A DNA stretch of 64,000 bases from Desulfobacterales bacterium (GTDB taxonomy: Bacteria; Desulfobacterota; Desulfobacteria; Desulfobacterales; JAHDSC01). The notes beneath the pieces are model-generated. The model was not told where the DNA came from. It saw only the letters and a program-made list of their open reading frames with translations, and ran no database searches. The stretch lies in NCBI GenBank assembly GCA_040769985.1, contig JAXGJZ010000008.1:21394-85393 (forward strand), read 5' to 3'. A program made the position numbers and the translations under genes. Below, piece after piece: positions 29,368-39,393 of this stretch (positions within the stretch are counted from its first letter, which is position 1; every line of letters starts with the position of its first letter).

Positions 29368-30299
29368 GATTGTTCCTTTGGAAAAGGTACACCGTAAAAT
29401 CCGTCTCTGGAAACCGTTTGCGAACAGGCGAGATAGAGCTCTTTTGCGTGGTAAGAGCTTCTCACAAGCGGTCCGCTGGCCGCTTCCGTAAAACCCATTT
29501 CAAGAGCGGTCCGCCTCCAGCGATCGAATTCTTCCGGAGGAATAAAGCGTTCGACCGGCAAATGCCGGCTTGTCGGCTGCAAATATTGTCCCAGTGTCAG
29601 AAGATTGCAGCCGGCGTTTCGAAGATCCAGGAGGGTTTTCAAAATTTCTTCCGTCGACTCCCCCAGCCCGAGCATGAGACCGGACTTTACAGGCACCCGC
29701 GGGCGGTAACGTCCAACCCGCCTGATCAGCTCAAGCGACTGTTGGTAGTCCGCGCCCGGACGAGCCAGGGAATAAAGACGCGGGACCGTTTCCAGGTTAT
29801 GGTTCAAGACACTGATGCGGGCATCGAGAATCAATCGAAGCGAATCCGCGTTTCCGCGAAAATCCGGGATCAAGACCTCCACCTTTGCATCGGGTGCCGC
29901 GCGATGAATTTTATTTACGGTTTCGCTGAAAAATCCGGCACCGCCATCGTCCAAGTCATCGCGGGTGACGGAAGTTACAACCACATATTGCAGTCCCAGA
30001 TGTTTTACCGCTTCCGCAACCCGGAAGGGTTCCCCCGGGTCGGGAGGCGTCAGAGGCCCATGAGCCACCGAGCAAAACCCGCAGTCCCGGGTGCACCGAG
30101 GCCCCATGATCAGAAATGTTGCCGTTTGGCGGGAAAAACACTCCCAGATGTTGGGGCATTTTGCCTCCTGGCATACGGTGTGAAGGCGGTTCTCTTCCAG
30201 CAGTTTCCTGACTTTCTCATAAGCGGAGCCGGTGGGCAATCTGCGCTTGAGCCAGGGTGGTTTTGGAATCCTTTTTTTTGCCTCCGGATGTTGAATCAT
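29364..30299 (-). CDS. lipA: Lipoyl synthase
   Basis: CQEAKCPNIWEC, CTRDCGFC and GPLVRSSY motifs. Confidence 0.96.
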   Translation of the reverse strand: MIQHPEAKKRIPKPPWLKRRLPTGSAYEKVRKLLEENRLHTVCQEAKCPNIWECFSRQTATFLIMGPRCTRDCGFCSVAHGPLTPPDPGEPFRVAEAVKHLGLQYVVVTSVTRDDLDDGGAGFFSETVNKIHRAAPDAKVEVLIPDFRGNADSLRLILDARISVLNHNLETVPRLYSLARPGADYQQSLELIRRVGRYRPRVPVKSGLMLGLGESTEEILKTLLDLRNAGCNLLTLGQYLQPTSRHLPVERFIPPEEFDRWRRTALEMGFTEAASGPLVRSSYHAKELYLACSQTVSRDGFYGVPFPKEQS

Positions 30300-30350
30300 T
30301 GTTTTTCTGCCTCCGGCTTTCGGCAACAGGATGCTTTCGGTCGTTCGGGG

Positions 30351-31097
30351 TTACAACTTTAAAGAAGCCGCCAAATCGTTTATTTTTATACCTCGCAATT
30401 CTTCCCGCTTGATCATTTCCAGCTCAACGGCGAAAACGCTTTCAATATGTTGTCGGACCGCACGGCGAACCGGATTCATGGGAATTTCACTCGAAAGCAC
30501 TTCCCGCATGGAGGTCATTTGAACTCCCGGAAGGCCGCAGGGATGAATCCAGCCGAAAGGTTCAAGGGAAAGATTGACATTGAGCGCCAGGCCGTGAAAG
30601 GTTATCCCCCGTCGAACCGAAATTCCGATACTTCCCAGTTTCCGGTTTCCGACCCAAACCCCCCGGTTCAAGGAATTCCGCTCCGCCCGGATTCCCCAGT
30701 CCCCGGCGGTGCGAATCATGATTTCTTCCAGCCCCGTTACATATTCCACTACCCGCATCCGGTTTTCCCTGAGACGGATGATGGGATAAAGTACCACTTG
30801 ACCGGGCCCATGAAACGTAATCGTGCCGCCGCGTTCCGTGTGGAATATCGGGATTCCGGTTTCTTCCAGAAATTTCTCGGATATTTTCAGACTCTCCAGT
30901 CCTCCCCTGCGGCCAAGGGTGAAAACCGGAGGGTGTTCCAGGAGCAGAACAATATCCCTATCGATGATCTTGTTTATTCTGGCGTCAACCAGCCTGTGCT
31001 GTAAATCCAGGGCTTCACTGTATGAAACGGCGGACAGTTGCAGGCAATGCCATCTTTTGCTTCCGCCGGATTGCACACGGCTTGAATCGGTCTTCAA
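30351..31097 (-). CDS. lipB: Octanoyltransferase
   Basis: LEHPPVFTLG, RGGTITFHGPGQ, HGLALN and PCGL motifs. Confidence 0.95.
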   Translation of the reverse strand: MKTDSSRVQSGGSKRWHCLQLSAVSYSEALDLQHRLVDARINKIIDRDIVLLLEHPPVFTLGRRGGLESLKISEKFLEETGIPIFHTERGGTITFHGPGQVVLYPIIRLRENRMRVVEYVTGLEEIMIRTAGDWGIRAERNSLNRGVWVGNRKLGSIGISVRRGITFHGLALNVNLSLEPFGWIHPCGLPGVQMTSMREVLSSEIPMNPVRRAVRQHIESVFAVELEMIKREELRGIKINDLAASLKL

Positions 31098-31179
31098 ATC
31101 AATTCCACCTTACGGAAACAATTCAGCGGCTTTTTGAAATAATTTTCTGCGGACGGGCCGGAAAATATGTGTACCGGTT

Positions 31180-32637
31180 TCATCCCGCAAGGCACGGATG
31201 CCGCGCGGCGGACACCTCGTCCAGCCGTGTGACCTTGCAGCGCCCGGGTGCTTGCCGCAGTAAATCCGGGTTTTCCTTCGCTTCATTTGCAACGGCCTTC
31301 AGTGAATCGATGAAAAGATCGATGGTCTCCTTGGATTCCGTTTCCGTCGGTTCAATCATCATCGCGCCGCTGACCACCAGCGGAAAATAGATGGTAGGGG
31401 GATGAAATCCGTAATCCATCAATCGCTTCACCATGTCCAGCGTGGTAATTTTATACGCATTCTGAAACTTATCGGAAAAGACGCATTCATGCATGCAATT
31501 TCTGTCATATGGCAGATGAAAAACCTTTTTTAAATTTTCCTTGATGTAATTGGCGTTCAGGACAGCGAGTTGGCTGGCTTTTCTCAGGTTCGCCGGTCCC
31601 ATGCTCCGAATATAGCAGTACGCCTTGATCATGACGCCAAAATTTCCATGAAAGGCCTGCAACTTACCGATCGATTCCGGAAACTCGCTGGAAAGAGCAT
31701 ATGCTCCATTCTTCTCGATGATTCGGGGGACCGGTAAAAAAGGGATCAAATGCTTTCTCACGCAAACCGGCCCGCTGCCGGGGCCGCCGCCTCCGTGCGG
31801 TGTTGAAAAGGTTTTGTGGAGATTCAGATGCAACACATCGACCCCGATTTCACCCATGCTCACGATGCCCATTACTGCATTCATGTTGGCGCCGTCGCAG
31901 TAGACCAGCCCTCCTTTTGAATGAACAATTTCAGCGATCTTTTTTATGTTTTCCTCAAACAGGCCCAGCGTATTGGGATTGGTGACCATGATTCCCGCGG
32001 TATCTTCATCCATCAACTCGGCAACGGCCCCGGTGGACAGAATTCCCTGTTCATTGGATCGTACGGGCACGGGACGGTAACCGCAGAGCGCCGCGCTGGC
32101 CGGGTTTGTGCCATGAGCCGTATCCGGAACGATTATTTTTGAACGGTGTCCGCCCTTTTTTTTATGATAGGCATGAATAAGCATCATTCCGGTGAGTTCT
32201 CCGTGAGCACCGGCGGCAGGCTGCAGGGTTACCGCATCCATTCCGGTTATTTCAGCCAGAAACTGTTCAAGTTCGAACATCAGCTTCAGCACCCCCTGTG
32301 AAAGATGCGCGGGGAGCAATGGATGGGCGCCGGAAAATCCCTTGAGGTTTGCCAGTTTTTCGTTGATCTTCGGGTTATATTTCATGGTGCAGGAACCCAG
32401 GGGATACATCCCGGAATCCACACCGAAATTCCATTGCGACAACCTCGTATAGTGACGGACCACGTCGACTTCGCTCAAATCCGGAAGGTCCGGACCTTCC
32501 GTCGTCAAATCCTTATCCAGAGGGGCCGGATCTACATCATGCCGGGGCAGGGATATTCCGCATCTTCCGCTTTTTCCCTTCTCCCAGAGCAGCGGTTCGT
32601 TCAATATCAGACCGGTGGTTCCCAGTGATTCTTTCAT
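31180..32637 (-). CDS. gcvPB: Glycine dehydrogenase subunit 2
   Basis: PLGSCTMKYNP, QPAAGAHGE and HLNLHKTFSTPHGGGGPG motifs. Confidence 0.97.
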   Translation of the reverse strand: MKESLGTTGLILNEPLLWEKGKSGRCGISLPRHDVDPAPLDKDLTTEGPDLPDLSEVDVVRHYTRLSQWNFGVDSGMYPLGSCTMKYNPKINEKLANLKGFSGAHPLLPAHLSQGVLKLMFELEQFLAEITGMDAVTLQPAAGAHGELTGMMLIHAYHKKKGGHRSKIIVPDTAHGTNPASAALCGYRPVPVRSNEQGILSTGAVAELMDEDTAGIMVTNPNTLGLFEENIKKIAEIVHSKGGLVYCDGANMNAVMGIVSMGEIGVDVLHLNLHKTFSTPHGGGGPGSGPVCVRKHLIPFLPVPRIIEKNGAYALSSEFPESIGKLQAFHGNFGVMIKAYCYIRSMGPANLRKASQLAVLNANYIKENLKKVFHLPYDRNCMHECVFSDKFQNAYKITTLDMVKRLMDYGFHPPTIYFPLVVSGAMMIEPTETESKETIDLFIDSLKAVANEAKENPDLLRQAPGRCKVTRLDEVSAARHPCLAG

Positions 32638-33965
32638 GGCGTAATCTCCTTGACCAATGCATCCATGTCTTCGCGCGTTTTGGTTTCCGTCACGCAGAAG
32701 AGATAATGCCCGGCCAGTTCGGGATAAAAGGATGCCAGCGGAAAGCCCGCCACGATCCTTTTTTCCATCAGGCGCCGATAGGTGCTTTCAAAATCGGCCG
32801 GGAATTCAACGACAAACTCATTGAACGTGGGGCTGTCAAAAGGTATTCCGACCCCGGCTTTCTTCAGTTCCTTTTTCAGGTATTCGGCTTTGTCGTGATT
32901 GATCGAGGCGAGTTCCCGCATGCCGGTACGGCCCGCGGAGGCCATATACATCGCAGCCGTCAGCGCGCAAAGACTGTTGTTGGTGCAAATGTTCGAGGTT
33001 GCCTTCTCCCGACGAATGTGCTGCTCGCGCGTGGCAAGCGTCAGAACAAAGCCTTTTTTGCCTTCTCTGTCCATGGTTTTGCCCACGAGGCGACCCGGCA
33101 TGCTTCGAACGTATTTCATCTTGCCGGCGAACATTCCGAGAACCGGTCCGCCGAAAGACTGCGGAATGCCGAAGCTTTGACCCTCCCCGCACGCAATGTC
33201 CGCGCCCTGACCGCCCGGGCTTTTCAGGAGTCCATAGGCGAGCGGTTCGGTAAAAGAAGTAATAAAGAGGCCTTCATTCTTATGAATTTTTTCCGCCGCC
33301 TCCCCGAGGTTTTCGATACAGCCGAAAAAGTTTGGCGATTGAACCGCCAGCGCAGCCAGACCATCCATGTGATCCACCGGTGACAGATCCGTCGTACCGT
33401 TTTTACGAAAGGGCAGTTCGACAAGCTCATAGCCGGCCGGTTCAAAATAGGTTCGAACCACGCGACGATACAGGGGGTGAACAAGGGATGAAACGGCGAC
33501 CCTCTTTTTCCGGGTGATACGAACCGCCATGAGCAAGGCCTCCGCAAGCGCGGACGCGCCATCGTAAATGGATGCATTTGCCACCTCCATTCCCAGGAGC
33601 CGGGCAACCATGGTTTGATACTCGTAAATCGCCTGAAGGGTTCCCTGGCTCATTTCCGGCTGGTAAGGGGTATACGCCGTGACAAATTCGGAACGGCTCA
33701 GCAGAAAGGAGACCGATTGAGGTATATAATGTTCATAGCTCCCGGCTCCCATGAAAACCTTGTATTCCGGCGAAACGGCGACACGTTCCGAAAGGGCGCC
33801 CAGGTAGGCGGTCAATTCCCATTCGGTCAGCGGTTCCGGCAATTTCATATCACCGGTACGGCGGCAATTTTCAGGAATGGTGGGAAAAAGACCGTCCAAG
33901 TCTTTCGCTCCCACCGCCCGCAACATGGAAGCGATGTCATCCGGAGTATGAGGCAGATAGCGCAT
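32634..33965 (-). CDS. gcvPA: Glycine dehydrogenase subunit 1
   Basis: TAYTPYQPE and REQHIRREKATSNICTN motifs. Confidence 0.97.
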   Translation of the reverse strand: MRYLPHTPDDIASMLRAVGAKDLDGLFPTIPENCRRTGDMKLPEPLTEWELTAYLGALSERVAVSPEYKVFMGAGSYEHYIPQSVSFLLSRSEFVTAYTPYQPEMSQGTLQAIYEYQTMVARLLGMEVANASIYDGASALAEALLMAVRITRKKRVAVSSLVHPLYRRVVRTYFEPAGYELVELPFRKNGTTDLSPVDHMDGLAALAVQSPNFFGCIENLGEAAEKIHKNEGLFITSFTEPLAYGLLKSPGGQGADIACGEGQSFGIPQSFGGPVLGMFAGKMKYVRSMPGRLVGKTMDREGKKGFVLTLATREQHIRREKATSNICTNNSLCALTAAMYMASAGRTGMRELASINHDKAEYLKKELKKAGVGIPFDSPTFNEFVVEFPADFESTYRRLMEKRIVAGFPLASFYPELAGHYLFCVTETKTREDMDALVKEITP

Positions 33966-34366
33966 TAATCCAATCCTTTCAGCATCCGAACATAAGCGTT
34001 CTGGCTCATCAAGGCATCCAATTCCTTCAGATCACCGGGTTTCACGTCGATCATCCATCCCTCGTGGTACGGATCCGTATTGACCAATTCCGGCGAACCT
34101 TCAAGCGCCGGGTTGACGGCAAGGATTTCCCCACCGACGGGCATGTACAGTTCGGAAACCGCTTTCACCGATTCGACGGTCCCGAAAACCTCTCCCCGCT
34201 CAAAGGTGTCCCCCACCCGGGGCAACTCCACGTAAACGATATCCCCCAGTTGATCCTGGGCATAATCGCTGATACCGACCCTTACCCGATCGCCTTCCAG
34301 TCGAGCCCATTCATGATCCGGCGCATAACGCACATCCGGTATGATTAACTGATCGATCCCCTTCAT
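33965..34366 (-). CDS. gcvH: Glycine cleavage H protein
   Basis: HEW, AQDQLGDIVYV and lipoyl-Lys VESVKAVS. Confidence 0.97.
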   Translation of the reverse strand: MKGIDQLIIPDVRYAPDHEWARLEGDRVRVGISDYAQDQLGDIVYVELPRVGDTFERGEVFGTVESVKAVSELYMPVGGEILAVNPALEGSPELVNTDPYHEGWMIDVKPGDLKELDALMSQNAYVRMLKGLD

Positions 34367-34562
34367 TGCTTTCCTCCTTCTTTCTCCAACGCAATCCTAT
34401 CCAAAAACATAGAAAAATATTTATCGGGTTCCGCCTAAGAAAATTTTCTCCATTTTATTGAAACCGATCAAAATACGAAAAAACGCCGGCCGCTGAAGGC
34501 AGTAAAATCCGGATCGGGACCACAACAACGAACATGGGAATTTTTCATACACCGTTTGGTTT

Positions 34563-35840
34563 TCACGCCATCATTTCATTGATGGATCTGCGCGCGGTCC
34601 GATCCGGACGAATGTCTTCCACGATGATCGCCTTTATTTTGCGGATGGTATCCCTGAGATAAACGATTTGCCCTGGAAACAATTTCGATTTCACCTTCAC
34701 AAAGCCGCAGCTCAGGCCGCCCGGATGAAAATTTTCCGGTTTGTCGGGGCTGGCGATGCTGAAAATACGGTCGTTGTGACGTCCGATACCCATATCCGTG
34801 ACACAGGTCAGGACGTCTCCGATTTTCATCCCTTCGGGGTCCAGCACAACCGCGGGAGCGCAGACGGAAACCTTTCGAAGATCATAGCCGACAAATGGAT
34901 AGGTGTAAGTGGGTTCCTTGATATTCAGAAGGGCTTCATCGCCGATAAATTTTTTAGTAAAACCCGTTCCCTCGGGATTAAGCGGCAAGGCAAACGGCCA
35001 GGGGTGATTCACAAAGGGCCATGATCCGATATCCTGGTGAGAAAGCGGAAGCACGGCACCGGTCCGAAGCGAATCCCGAGCTGCCAGTCCGCATGGGATC
35101 AAACCGAAATCCCGGCCGGATTGAATAATGAGTTCCCAAGCCTTTACAATATGCTCGGGAGCCATAAAAATTTCAAAACCGAATTCCCCGGTATAACCGG
35201 TTCGGGAAAGCAGCAGCGGAATGCCGCCAACAAGCCGCACCTGTGAACCAAAAACAGTCGTTTTACCAACCTCCCCTTTAAACGAGAAGTAACTCATCCC
35301 CTGAAGGGTTTTCTCGGGGTTCGCCAGAACCTTACCAAGGATTTTGGCTGCCGCGGGACCCTGTATATCCATTTTGCCCAGCCGGTCGGTAAGATCCGTC
35401 AGTTCAACCCTTCTCGGTCCCGAACGAACTTTCAGATGCCGGGTCACCCGTCCGCCCATCCCGGCATTCACCACAACCATATAGAGCTTTCCGGACAACT
35501 GGTAAACGATCGCATCGTCGATTACTTCTCCGTTATCCTTAAGGAATGCACCGTAAGCGCATTTGCCGGGTTTCAGAGGCGATTGTTTTTTCCCGACGCA
35601 GGCTGCCAGATTCTTGGTGAAGCAGAGCTGGAGTAAATCAAAGGCACCCGGTCCCTCAATCCGTATAGCGGCCATATGGCTTGTGTCGAAAATGCCGGCA
35701 TTCGTGAGAACCGAAAGGTGTTCCTTCTTCACACCCGCCGGATACCACAGCGGCATATGGTATCCGCCGAAATCCGCCATATTGGCTCCACAGGCTGTAT
35801 GCCAGGAATGCAGCAACGTCTTTTTCGTTTTTTCAGGCAT
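34563..35840 (-). CDS. gcvT: Glycine cleavage T protein (aminomethyltransferase)
   Basis: FDTSHM, SRTGYTGEFGFE and CGLAARDSLR motifs. Confidence 0.93.
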   Translation of the reverse strand: MPEKTKKTLLHSWHTACGANMADFGGYHMPLWYPAGVKKEHLSVLTNAGIFDTSHMAAIRIEGPGAFDLLQLCFTKNLAACVGKKQSPLKPGKCAYGAFLKDNGEVIDDAIVYQLSGKLYMVVVNAGMGGRVTRHLKVRSGPRRVELTDLTDRLGKMDIQGPAAAKILGKVLANPEKTLQGMSYFSFKGEVGKTTVFGSQVRLVGGIPLLLSRTGYTGEFGFEIFMAPEHIVKAWELIIQSGRDFGLIPCGLAARDSLRTGAVLPLSHQDIGSWPFVNHPWPFALPLNPEGTGFTKKFIGDEALLNIKEPTYTYPFVGYDLRKVSVCAPAVVLDPEGMKIGDVLTCVTDMGIGRHNDRIFSIASPDKPENFHPGGLSCGFVKVKSKLFPGQIVYLRDTIRKIKAIIVEDIRPDRTARRSINEMMA

Positions 35841-36033
35841 TTTTTTCCTTCTCAGAAGGGGTATTATGGATTACGGTTGTCAAGAATTCGACTAATTTAG
35901 ATTGATGATTCTGTCAATAGAAGATATGGAATCGAGTCGAAGAAAATAAATCTTCTTTTCCTTCGGGCGTTTTCCCCCCATGAAAACGGAAATCAGATCG
36001 TATTCATCTCAAGTTCAGGGAAAGTGAAAAATC

Positions 36034-37467
36034 ATGGCCACAAAAATAGCCGTAATCGGAGCGGGGTCGGGAGGATATGTTGCCGCCCTTCGCGCCGCGC
36101 AGCTGGGTGCCGAGGTCACCGTTGTCGAACGGGACCGGGTGGGAGGAACCTGTCTCCACTGGGGGTGTATCCCTTCCAAAATTATGAAGACAACCGCCCA
36201 ACTGATGGAAAGTTTCCATCGATCCCGGGAATTCGGCATCGAATGGAAGGGAGAAATCCATCCCGACATGGCCCTTCTGATGAACCGAAAAGAAAAAATT
36301 ATTCAAAACCAGGCCGATAACCTCTTGAAGCTTTTCCATCATCGTAAGATCCGCATTCTTAACGGTCATGGATTCATCCAGGGGCCCGGAATGGCTGAAG
36401 TGAGACAGAAAAACGGCGAAACGATCGAACTCCCATGGGATCGTCTGATTTTGGCACCGGGTTCACAGCCATCGGATATTCCTTTGTTCCCGATGGACGG
36501 CGAGCGAATCATATCCAGCAACGAAGCGGTCAACCTTCAGAAAATTCCGAAATCCATCCTGATTGTCGGAGGAGGCGTTATCGGATGCGAATTCGCATTC
36601 ATTCTTTCATCGCTGGGGTCCGAAGTGACTCTGGTGGAAGCCTTGTCACGCATCCTTCCAATTCCTTCCATCGATGCGGATTGTTCCAGGCTCATGCAAC
36701 GGGAGATGAAAAAGCGCAAGATCCATTTCATGATCAACCGGACCGTCAAAGGCGTCGAAAAAACCGGAAAAAAACTCCTCGTCACTATGGAGGCCACGCA
36801 AGCCGGTTTCGATCGGAAGGAAAAGGATCTGCCTCCCGTGCAGGTGGAAGTTGAAAAGATGCTGGTCTGCATCGGTCGAAGTCCCATGACCGCGGGTGTC
36901 GGCCTGGAGAGGATCGGAGTTGAAACCGATGAAAAAGGATGGATTACCGCCGATAAAAAAATGGAAACCAGCGTACCCGGCGTTTACGCCGTTGGAGACG
37001 TATTGGGTCCCTCCAAGGTGATGCTCGCCCACGTAGCATCCGCCGAGGGACTTGTGGCCGCGGAAAACGCAATGGGAGGAAGCCGGTTCATGCGATACGG
37101 CGCCGTGCCGGTAGGGGTCTTTACCAGCCCGGAAGTTGCCGCTGTCGGCCTGACCGAGGTTCAGGCAAAAACGCAGGGGTACCGGGTTCGAGCGGACAGC
37201 GTTCTTTTTCGCAACCTGGGAATGGCCCATGTCATGGGAGAAATCGCGGGAGAGGCGAAAATCGTCTCGGATACGGAAAATGGTAAAATCCTTGGGGTCC
37301 AATTGGTCGGGCCGCACGCGACGGATCTGATCGCCGAAGCGACCCTTGCCGTACGCACGGGTTGTAATGTAAAAGATCTGGCCGATACCATCCACGCCCA
37401 TCCGACACTGTCCGAGATCTTGCGGGAAGCCGCTTTCAAGTCTCTGGACAAATCCCTGCATGAATGA
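36034..37467 (+). CDS. lpdA: Dihydrolipoamide dehydrogenase
   Basis: GAGSGG, GGTCLHWGCIPSK and HAHPTLSE motifs; divergent from the gcv genes. Confidence 0.96.
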   Translation: MATKIAVIGAGSGGYVAALRAAQLGAEVTVVERDRVGGTCLHWGCIPSKIMKTTAQLMESFHRSREFGIEWKGEIHPDMALLMNRKEKIIQNQADNLLKLFHHRKIRILNGHGFIQGPGMAEVRQKNGETIELPWDRLILAPGSQPSDIPLFPMDGERIISSNEAVNLQKIPKSILIVGGGVIGCEFAFILSSLGSEVTLVEALSRILPIPSIDADCSRLMQREMKKRKIHFMINRTVKGVEKTGKKLLVTMEATQAGFDRKEKDLPPVQVEVEKMLVCIGRSPMTAGVGLERIGVETDEKGWITADKKMETSVPGVYAVGDVLGPSKVMLAHVASAEGLVAAENAMGGSRFMRYGAVPVGVFTSPEVAAVGLTEVQAKTQGYRVRADSVLFRNLGMAHVMGEIAGEAKIVSDTENGKILGVQLVGPHATDLIAEATLAVRTGCNVKDLADTIHAHPTLSEILREAAFKSLDKSLHE

Positions 37468-37560
37468 CGGCCCGCTTCGGTATCCATCCGCCGGATCCAA
37501 CCATTTTCATGTACCGTCGGAAGTGGATCAGAGAGCAAAAAAAGTTTAAAAGACGGAATT

Positions 37561-37995
37561 TCAGGACGTTTCGCTTAAAAAAATATTGTAGAACAGATAA
37601 AGCGCTAAAACCATAAGCCCGACATCGCGCAAGATGCTCAGGGTAACATGGGAGGTCATTGCCCCGCCGGTTGAAAAACAGCCGCACTGGATATCCAATC
37701 CCCGCGCCGCATTAAACATCAGGGCGCTTAAAAAGATCAACAGAAGGAGGTTGACCAGAATCACGGCTCCGGGGATCCATAATCCGAAAACAAGCAGAAC
37801 GCCCAAAAGAACTTCCATCCAAGGTAAAAAAACGGCGGTAAAATTAATCAAACGATCCGGAAGAATTTGATAATTAAAAACCAAGCCGGCAAAATCAGCC
37901 GGATTCAGAATTTTCTCAAAGGCGGCAAAAATAAAAATCAGGCCCAATACGAGGCGGCCCCAAAAGAAAAGGGGTGTTTTCAAAACGATCTCCAC
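37561..37995 (-). CDS. MauE/DoxX-family membrane protein
   Basis: LPWME and RGLDIQCGCF motifs. Confidence 0.88.
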   Translation of the reverse strand: MEIVLKTPLFFWGRLVLGLIFIFAAFEKILNPADFAGLVFNYQILPDRLINFTAVFLPWMEVLLGVLLVFGLWIPGAVILVNLLLLIFLSALMFNAARGLDIQCGCFSTGGAMTSHVTLSILRDVGLMVLALYLFYNIFLSETS

Positions 37996-38094
37996 AGCCT
38001 CCCGCGGTTCATTTGATCCAATTGGCTACCTTTGCAGGATGTTTTGCCGTATTCCAACGGTTATAACCAGGAGAATAAACGGAAACGGCATTTT

Positions 38095-38616
38095 CTACGA
38101 AATATCCCGGGGATTCCTTTCAACCGGGAGGTGATTCTCCTGCCACACGGACCATCCGTTGACCAGAACCTTGACATGCGTGAATCCGAATTCCAGCAAA
38201 AAAACCGCCAGGTCCGACCCGGAACGGCAGTTTTCTCCGTCACAATAGACAACAATCGAACGCTCCGGAGGAATGTTTTCCATCACCTCGGAAAATTTTT
38301 CTTCCATATTTTCCTGCGGCAGATTGAAGGCTCCTTTTATATGGCCCTGTTCGTAGTCCTCCGGAGAACGCGCATCCAGAAAGACCGCCGATCGATCGAA
38401 ATAATGTTTTTTTGCCTCATCGAGGGAAACCATGAGGTTTTTACCGGGATCCGTCGCCAATCGGAATCTCGATGTCCCGTCGGCCAGAATCGGCAATCGA
38501 TCCGGACGTAAACCGTTTACAATCAGACTCAAGAGGGCTGAAATAAATAAAATACCGACGGCTTGCAGGAGACCCGCAAGCCATTTGTTCCCTTTGCACC
38601 GCATTGGACGACTCAT
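38095..38616 (-). CDS. Membrane-anchored rhodanese-domain protein
   Basis: N-terminal TM, LDAR...GHIKGA, VYCDGENC and NGWSVW. Confidence 0.88.
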   Translation of the reverse strand: MSRPMRCKGNKWLAGLLQAVGILFISALLSLIVNGLRPDRLPILADGTSRFRLATDPGKNLMVSLDEAKKHYFDRSAVFLDARSPEDYEQGHIKGAFNLPQENMEEKFSEVMENIPPERSIVVYCDGENCRSGSDLAVFLLEFGFTHVKVLVNGWSVWQENHLPVERNPRDIS

Positions 38617-38794
38617 TTGCTGAACATCAATAAGCTTGCGCCGGGTTCGGCGAATTCTTCATTAAACTTATGGGATTATCTTCTGATATCGACCGATTCG
38701 CTGAAAATATGAAACAACATCTCCCCGCTTCCGATCCGTCCCGATTCCGCCAAGTCAACCTGTATCTTGCATGGGCGCTGACGGCAAACAATTT

Positions 38795-38848
38795 TTGAAG
38801 AACCTCGCGGCAAGCTGCGAGGGTAATCCGTTCGCTGTTGCGGTTCAA
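38795..38848 (+). repeat. Dispersed palindromic repeat, copy 3
   Basis: TTGAAGAACCTCGCGGCAAGCTGCGAGGGTAATCCGTTCGCTGTTGCGGTTCAA. Confidence 0.75.
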
Positions 38849-38887
38849 AAGAAGATTGAAGCAATTGAATTTTGTTCCATGTGCATT

Positions 38888-39343
38888 TCATCTTCTTTTG
38901 TATTTACCCATCAGTTGAGTCTGATCCAGAATATGCCCCTCCATCGCTTTTACTATCTGTTTTTTGGTTGCCCCCGGCGTCACCCCGAGCATCGCATCCA
39001 GCGCGTATATCTTGAAGTAGTATCTGTGGGTGCCTCCGGGAGGGCATGGGCCGCCGTAACCGGTTTTTCCGAAATCATTGACTCCATGTGTTCCGCCGCT
39101 TGGCGGATGCTCCCGGGGGGAAACGTTTTCCGGCAGGCTTGTCGTTTCCGGCGGGATATCATAGTAGACCCAGTGAACCCATGTGCCCATCGGAGCATCC
39201 GGATCATCGGCGATGATGGTGATGCTCCGGGTGCCCGACGGAATCGAATGCCATTCGAGTGCCGGTGAAACGTTTTTTCCGTCACAGGTATATCGAGCGG
39301 GTATCATTCCCCCGTTTTCAAATGCCGTACTCTTTACGTCCAT
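38888..39343 (-). CDS. YbhB/YbcL (PEBP) family protein
   Basis: DPDAP...WVHW and GYGGPCPP...HRYYF motifs; AGGAGG SD before MDVKS. Confidence 0.93.
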   Translation of the reverse strand: MDVKSTAFENGGMIPARYTCDGKNVSPALEWHSIPSGTRSITIIADDPDAPMGTWVHWVYYDIPPETTSLPENVSPREHPPSGGTHGVNDFGKTGYGGPCPPGGTHRYYFKIYALDAMLGVTPGATKKQIVKAMEGHILDQTQLMGKYKRR

Positions 39344-39393
39344 GTCGATACCTCCTCTTTTTGTAAATGCATGGGCCGGATTCGCGAATCTCG

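Noticed and set aside
34367..36033. Glycine riboswitch near gcvT/gcvH
   Set aside because: No GGAGA...CCGAAG...CTTTCAGG pattern seen in either intergenic region.
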